Positions 57,646 to 64,000 of a stretch of DNA of 64,000 nucleotides are shown here, in pieces; position 1 is the first letter of the stretch, and every line of letters begins with the position of its first letter. The DNA is from the human T2T-CHM13v2.0 reference genome, Homo sapiens. The notes under the pieces are model-generated. The model had not been told where the DNA came from and did no database searches. It saw only the letters and a list, made by a program, of their open reading frames with translations. The stretch is from assembly GCF_009914755.1 (NCBI RefSeq), contig NC_060931.1; one strand, written 5' to 3'. A program made the translations under genes and the position numbers.

Positions 57646-60644
57646 ACGGCGAAGGGAAGGGGTTCCGAGGGCGCACCTGGGCGCGCGCGTGTGGCTGAGT
57701 AAGGGGCTCCCAGATTGGTAACACGAGGTCCCCGTCCCCCGTCCCATCCAATCAGGGCTCGGCAGGCGGGCAGGGGGGGCGGTGACCATGCGGATTGGCG
57801 GGAACTGCTGCCAATGGGGTGAGGCGGGGCCTGGAGGCAGAAAGGAGAGTTTGTGCTTTTAATGTTGACTTGGCTGAGACGGGAGAGCCCGCGTCTCTGT
57901 TGCGTAGTTGGGGGGCCCGTTTTGTCGCTGGTTAGGTACCTGCGGAAAGCTAAGGCCTCCACCCCCGATATAATTCCTTAACCCAGAGCTTTGGGATCAT
58001 CCCTCGCCGCCGTCCTCCAGAGTACCTAGAGAGAAGCTTCCCCCTCCTCTTCCTGGGTCAGGAGGAAACCTTTATTACTAACCCAGTCTCAGAGATGCAC
58101 CCTCGAGCCCCACAGAAACAACCATTTTTATGGAAAATCTGACCCAAACCATGGTTTCTTAAGTGGGTGTGTTTGGCCCCATTTTGTGAGAAGGAACATG
58201 TTATGGCCTGTTTTTCCGAGAGACCTCCATTTTGTTAGACAATTTAATAGAGGCTTTGTTCAGTAAATATTGACAAATGTTGCATGTCCCTAACAGAACG
58301 ATTTTGAAAATTTGGTACCCAGTGAAGTAGAATAGAGGAGAACAAAGATCCTTTCAGGCGTTTAGTTTAGAATCTGTATAGAGAGCCCTTAATTGCTGGA
58401 TTATCCTTTGTCATAAAGAGAATTTCTAAATAAAATGATGAAATGCTGTTGCTTTTTTGGTGATGTTAATTAGTAATGTACTCTCAAATTCAACTTAAAT
58501 ACATTCAAATATGTAGGAAAGGTCTAGTTCATTACTTTCTTAACACAGCAAAATCCTTGGTAGTTTTTATGTGTTGCTTCTTTAGGCAGATAGTTTCTTA
58601 GCCACTAAGGAAATGCTTTTTTTCTTGAGAAGTTATTTAAGTGTATTGATTTAAGAGAAAAGGCACGTCTTAAATTTAGTTTTTAAGTTACTCTTTTAAT
58701 TTACATGAGTGCTTTACAGCAAAATATGAGTAAATTTTAAAAATTTTATTGCATTCAAATCTTTCAGCAGTGCGTAGAGTGGCTTTTCAGTGTTCACATT
58801 TTCAGTTTTAATAAAAACCCATATTGGGAACTTTTATTTGTAGAATATATAGACAAATAGGTGTAGATGGCAAACCTACTTGTGGTTGTGTAGAGAGGAA
58901 AGATTGGGAAGGAAATGAGTTTTGTATGGAAAGTTAACATTAACTTAAAATGCCACTGGAGAAACTTTTAACTGTTATCATTTCTCACGTTTAGATAAGA
59001 ATGGTTACTTTATCACTGCAGCATGTCTTAACATTCCTCCTTTTCCAACATGAGAGAGGGTATTGGGAACGGGTTTCATTGGATCCTAGCTAACAGAATA
59101 ACTAATCTGTGTAATAAAATTAAGTTATTTAAGACGTGCTTTACATGATCCTTTTAATCCTTGATGGATACCATTTTTGGGATCTTCTTCATGGATTGGA
59201 TTTCTTAGTTTTACTGGGAGGGTAGTTGGATCAAGGTAAACCATCTCCTGATAAGTTTCTGAATTAGGCAGCCCGTCTAGTATTGCAAAGCTAAATTTAA
59301 ATATATATATTTCTGTGTGTGTAGTCAGCAGAAACATGGATTTCTTAAAATCCACTTTGTGTATTTTTTTATGTGTCTGTTACTGGATTTTTTTTTTTAA
59401 CCTTCAGACTTAGAGGATTTATGATCGAACTCATATTTACGAGTCCACAGTATTGTTTAGCTGAAATGACTGGATTTTCACTGCTGTATTGGGTTAGAAG
59501 TAAAAAATATACTACTTTCAAGGAAAAATAATTGAGTGGAGTTTTTTTTAGATATCAAAATTAATTCTATATATGCAAAATAATCAGAACATTCTTTTTT
59601 TTCTTACCATTTAATGAGTTTATATATATCATTTTATGATTCAGGACTTTTAATAATTAGGATTGTTCTTTTTTAGCATACAGTCAACTTCAAGTTACCC
59701 AGGGATAGGGGAACATGGAAACGTCCCCTGAATAACACCATGTAATTTGAAACCATTTAATGGGAACCCTTGTATTGGACACACAAACAGCCTATGGGAA
59801 CGCTGTTGGGTGTCTTTGGCACTAAGAGGTGGAAATGGGTATCCAGGAGGTGGGAGAGAGATGGAAAAGGTAGGTAGGAGGGTATTTAAGGCAACTCTGT
59901 CCTTTTTTTTTTTTTTTTTTAATTCCAGAGACTATAAAGCAGCGACTCTCTTTTTTGGAAGTGGGGTTCAAGGTGGCAGTGACCCCCTCCACTCTTAGTG
60001 TCCTGTCTGTGAAGGAATCTGAAGTGGCACAGAGTCCTGGGGCTTTGGGAAAACATTACCTCCTCACCCCCTCAAGGTTTCTTCCCCCTCCCCTTCCTGA
60101 CAGTTTTTAATTAGTTCCTTTTAAAATTCATTGGAGATTTAAGTCTGTTAGTTAAATATACCTTAACTTGAATTACATAAAGTAGTTAATCATTTAGATT
60201 ACCTAAACTTCACTGGAATCCTTAGGAGTAGGAATTTTGTTAGCAGGGAAATGGAGAGGTAATTTTGGATCACTGGGCACTTCAAGAAAGGACATTCCTG
60301 GGTGAGTGGTGGAAGTTGGGGGCTTTAGACAATCTGAGGGCAGCATGATGGTGCCGGGAGGCTGGGCAGGGGGACTGCCAGGAGGTGGGAGAGAAATGCA
60401 TAAGGGAGGTGGGAGGGCCAAAGACAAACTCTGCCTTCTTTGCAATTTTGCCTAGGGCCCTGGTGGTGGCAACCGCCTGTGTGCCACTGAAAATCGTGCC
60501 GATGCCTGGCATACTGCATAAATGGAAGCAGGGTACCGCGTGAGTTGAAACATTGGTCACACTATATAAAGTTTGTATATGTGAATCAGTGTAACTCATA
60601 CCCATATAACTGGGGGTCTGACTGTATTTGGATTTTTCTGATAA

Positions 60645-60830
60645 GGCATCATGGGCTAAGGAAAAGAGCACTGGGCTGAGACTCAGGAGACCTGGTTTCT
60701 AGCCCCAGCTGTACCTCTAATTGTAACCTTGGGTAAGTCACTTAACCTTTTTTGCCTCAAGTTAAATCTGTAATTTGTTATATGGGAAACCAAATAATTT
60801 CCTATGTTATACTCAGAAATGTTGAAAAAT
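60645..60830 (+). mobile_element. MIR fragment
   Basis: ggaaaagagcactgggctgagactcaggagacctggtttctagccccagct...ccttgggtaagtcacttaacct. Confidence 0.8.
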
Positions 60831-61247
60831 AAATATATTTTAAGTTTTTTTAGAAAGGAGCTATAAGTAGATAGTAATTACTAGTTTATTTTATCTTGTT
60901 TATGATTCATTACGTTTTATAAATATCTTTCTGTTTTAGTTGTTAGCAGAGGGGAGAGGGATAATTTGTTTTCCCTGAACATATTCATTCTATTTGAAAG
61001 CAGGGAGGAGTTGCACAGGAAAATCCAAGAAACAGTTTGAGAATTGTCTGTGTGACAGTTGGAAGAACCCAGTACCCTCACACAGACTGTGATTTTTGCT
61101 CAGTTGGATTAATTGCAAGGATGTTCCTTAGCTAAAGCCCCTTTGCCAACAAACACAGTTTGGTCATAAGTCTCTAGTCTTGATCCCAGGAAAGTCTGGG
61201 AAGATGCAAGCAATAAGAATTAAATAAAATTGAGGGTGTGGATTTAG

Positions 61248-61520
<273 letters not shown>

Positions 61521-63806
61521 TAGATTACATTTTAAGCTTAGAAATTAGGTAAGTTATAGAAGGTAGTTCTGAGGGTTCTGTATCTCTTAATTGCTTATAC
61601 CTTTAAATGGGAGCAGAGACCACCTTCGAAAGATTAAAATAGGCAGGAATGGCAGCCTGCCCTCCAAAACAACAAGTAGACTAGGAATGTTAGATAGAAT
61701 TTTATAGCATCATTAATTGTCCCTTATGGTTAGGGACTGTTTCGGGCAAGTTAAAACTTTCAATAATTTTAACTATTTTAAATGTTAATCTTTCTAAATT
61801 GTAGGATATACTTCCTCAGTTAACATATTAATCATAATATTTTTGCTGATCAGTTGTACAGTAGTTATAGTTTGTGGGATATAAAACTGAAAGGATACTC
61901 ATCCTCATACCCAGGAAAATACTGTTAAGAAAGCCATTTACTTGTTGCTAATGTAAGGTTAGTAGTACATAACCGTGTAATCTGTAAGATAGTATGACAT
62001 TTCTGCCTTTCTGCAAAATTACTGAATCAAAGTTTGAAGTAGTGCGTTCTTTAATGGATTTTATTTATAAAATCATCTTTACTGTAATCTGTGTTCCTTG
62101 ACTTTTCATCAACATTGAAAACATTTTCTCTTAATTTTTTCTCATTAACATAATGAACCATATTCATTTCTTGGTCAGTTGTGAGCCATTCTTTTATTCC
62201 ACTTGGATTGTTCATTTTAAGTGAAGGAGGCGGAGCCTTTAATGTATACGCAGACATTTTTTAAATAATAACAGGATATTTCTTAGTCTAGAGCTTGTAA
62301 ATTCTTTAATATAAGGAGTTTTATAGGATTAAACAGTAGTTTCTCTGCGTTTCAGTTAACTATTTAACTTTATCAGAGTTTCAGGCATATCCAAAACACT
62401 GAAAGCACCTGCATAGTGAATCAATGAAAAAAGAAAAGTTTTCCTCATTTTGCATTTTGAACTCTGAATAATATTTCTATCTACACAGCAGCCCAGAAAA
62501 CAATAAAAGTATCACTTCATATAACATTGCATCGTTCCTGGATTCTCTACAGTTGTTTAGTTCTCCTCAAGTAAGCATATGCTTCTGAGACATTCTTTTA
62601 CTTCAGGTAAATATAAGCAAAACAAAGAAAAATCATTTTGTCTATTTCTGCATCAGTTCTATAAGGAGCAAGTAAATTCTTTTATTTTCGTTTAGGTTGG
62701 ATGTTGTCATATAAGGATAGATGGTAGTGTTCAACGTGTTCAAGATGGGTAGTAGGAATTCAATGGCCATGAGGTGTCATGGATCAAGGTCAGGTTTAGT
62801 GAATCAGGTACTCTTCAGTAACAGGTGGTTCATACAAAGCATTGAAGCTTAAAGTTGCTGTGAGTTCAGCAAGCAGGAGGGTTGAGAAGACAGGCAGATG
62901 GTTTAAAACTAAAGGTCAATAAGTGGGCAAGACTAGTTAAATGAGGCAGATACTCCCCAAAGATGGAATTCCAGAAAGGTGCTTGAAAAGGACTGAATTC
63001 TTAAAGCCTACTGCTGTTAGTATGTAGAGTTCTTGAGGAAACAAGCAGTTTGGCATAACTTAATCTACTAAGAAACTATAAGAAGGTGAAGGAAGTTGGA
63101 ACATCTTACTGGAAAAAGAATGAGGGAGTGAAGAGGGAATCTTGTGAATTCAAAACTTGCAGAAAAGCTATTCTGTTTCCTTTTTGTTTAGGTTCTCATG
63201 CACTAGCAGCTGCTAGAATAGATATTGGAAGGCAGGGCCAAAATAGGTCAGTTGTTCAGTTTTGCAAGATTATTGAGGATATAGAGAAATTAATTTGTGA
63301 AAACTCTGAAATCATCTGCAGCTCCATGTTTTTGTTTGAACTGAATAACTTAGGACTTTGAGAAGTCAAAGCCGTCAGAAAGTAACATGAAGTCCATTCA
63401 GCTGAATAAATGTCATATTTTGCTATTAGCATAGAAAAGAATCTTTAAAACTTCTTTCCAAAAAGCACTCAGTATTGACCCATATGTTCCAGTATAGTTG
63501 TGAACCATGTACAACTGATGTTTGACTTATTTGACTCAACATGAAAGGAATTTAACCAGCTGCCCTTGCTGAATCTTGTCTCCTGAATATGGTAAATGGT
63601 TTTTGTTTTTAATCTTAATACCTTAGATTTCTGCAGACCCCAGTTTTCTCTTTTAGAGTTAACTGATAATTATTGGATAGTATCTATAATATACCTGGCT
63701 GTTCTGTTCTGTACTGTGCTCTAGTATTAGTTTAAATGGTAGACTTTTCTCTTAAAGTAACTTTAATAGTTTAATAGTTAAAGTTACTTGAAGGTATGTT
63801 TTAGAT

Positions 63807-63997
63807 CAGGGACTGGCACTATGGCCTCCTGCTTTTGGTAAATAAAGTTTTATTGGAACACATCCATGCCGATTCATATACATGATGTCTATGGCTGCTT
63901 TGGCTTACGACAGCAGAGCTGAATGGTTGCAACAGAGTCATATGGCCCGCAAACCGAAAACATTTACCATTTGACTCTAACAAAAGCTTGTTGATCA
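63807..63997. mobile_element. MER58-type hAT-Charlie fossil
   Basis: aaataaagttttattggaacac...tgtctatggctgcttt...tggcccgcaaa...catttaccattt. Confidence 0.75.
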
Positions 63998-64000
63998 CCA

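Larger units (their letters stand above)
56400..58020. promoter_or_regulatory. CpG island promoter and 5' leader of LUC7L2
   Basis: Very high GC and CpG content; tandem GC boxes GGGCGGGGCGGGCGG (57092-57106); TCGCGAGA (57017); ATG-free leader ending in the Kozak context GCCGCCGCCATG. Confidence 0.9.

Noticed and set aside
56867-57751. 294-aa minus-strand ORF and other overlapping ORFs in the LUC7L2 island
   Set aside because: Stop-poor GC-rich CpG island; low-complexity P/R/G/A products in several frames; no recognisable domain.

Overview
Primate, most likely human, genomic DNA matching the 7q34 UBN2 - tRNA-Arg(CCT) - FMC1 - LUC7L2 interval. On the + strand: the distal part of a long 3'UTR ending at a poly(A) signal at ~5.5 kb (UBN2 by synteny); ~32 kb dense in Alu, L1 and LTR elements, including a U6 retrocopy; a CpG-island promoter with a tRNA-Arg(CCT) gene; the complete two-exon FMC1 gene (113 aa); and the CpG island, first coding exon and start of intron 1 of LUC7L2. 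Main unexpected finding: the non-repeat islands between ~18.6 and ~34 kb carry an ordered series of minus-strand exon-like segments. The five 3'-most splice in silico into one stop-free frame of 340 codons with a transmembrane-like segment, provided one GT>AT donor lesion is repaired. The upstream exons contain stops. This looks like a decaying gene for a type I membrane protein (unitary-pseudogene candidate) lying head-to-head with FMC1; I could not assign a family or check its annotation status. FMC1 exon 2 also contains an internal phase-1 donor that would fuse FMC1 residues 1-86 in frame to LUC7L2. All coordinates were read by hand; repeat boundaries and family calls are approximate.
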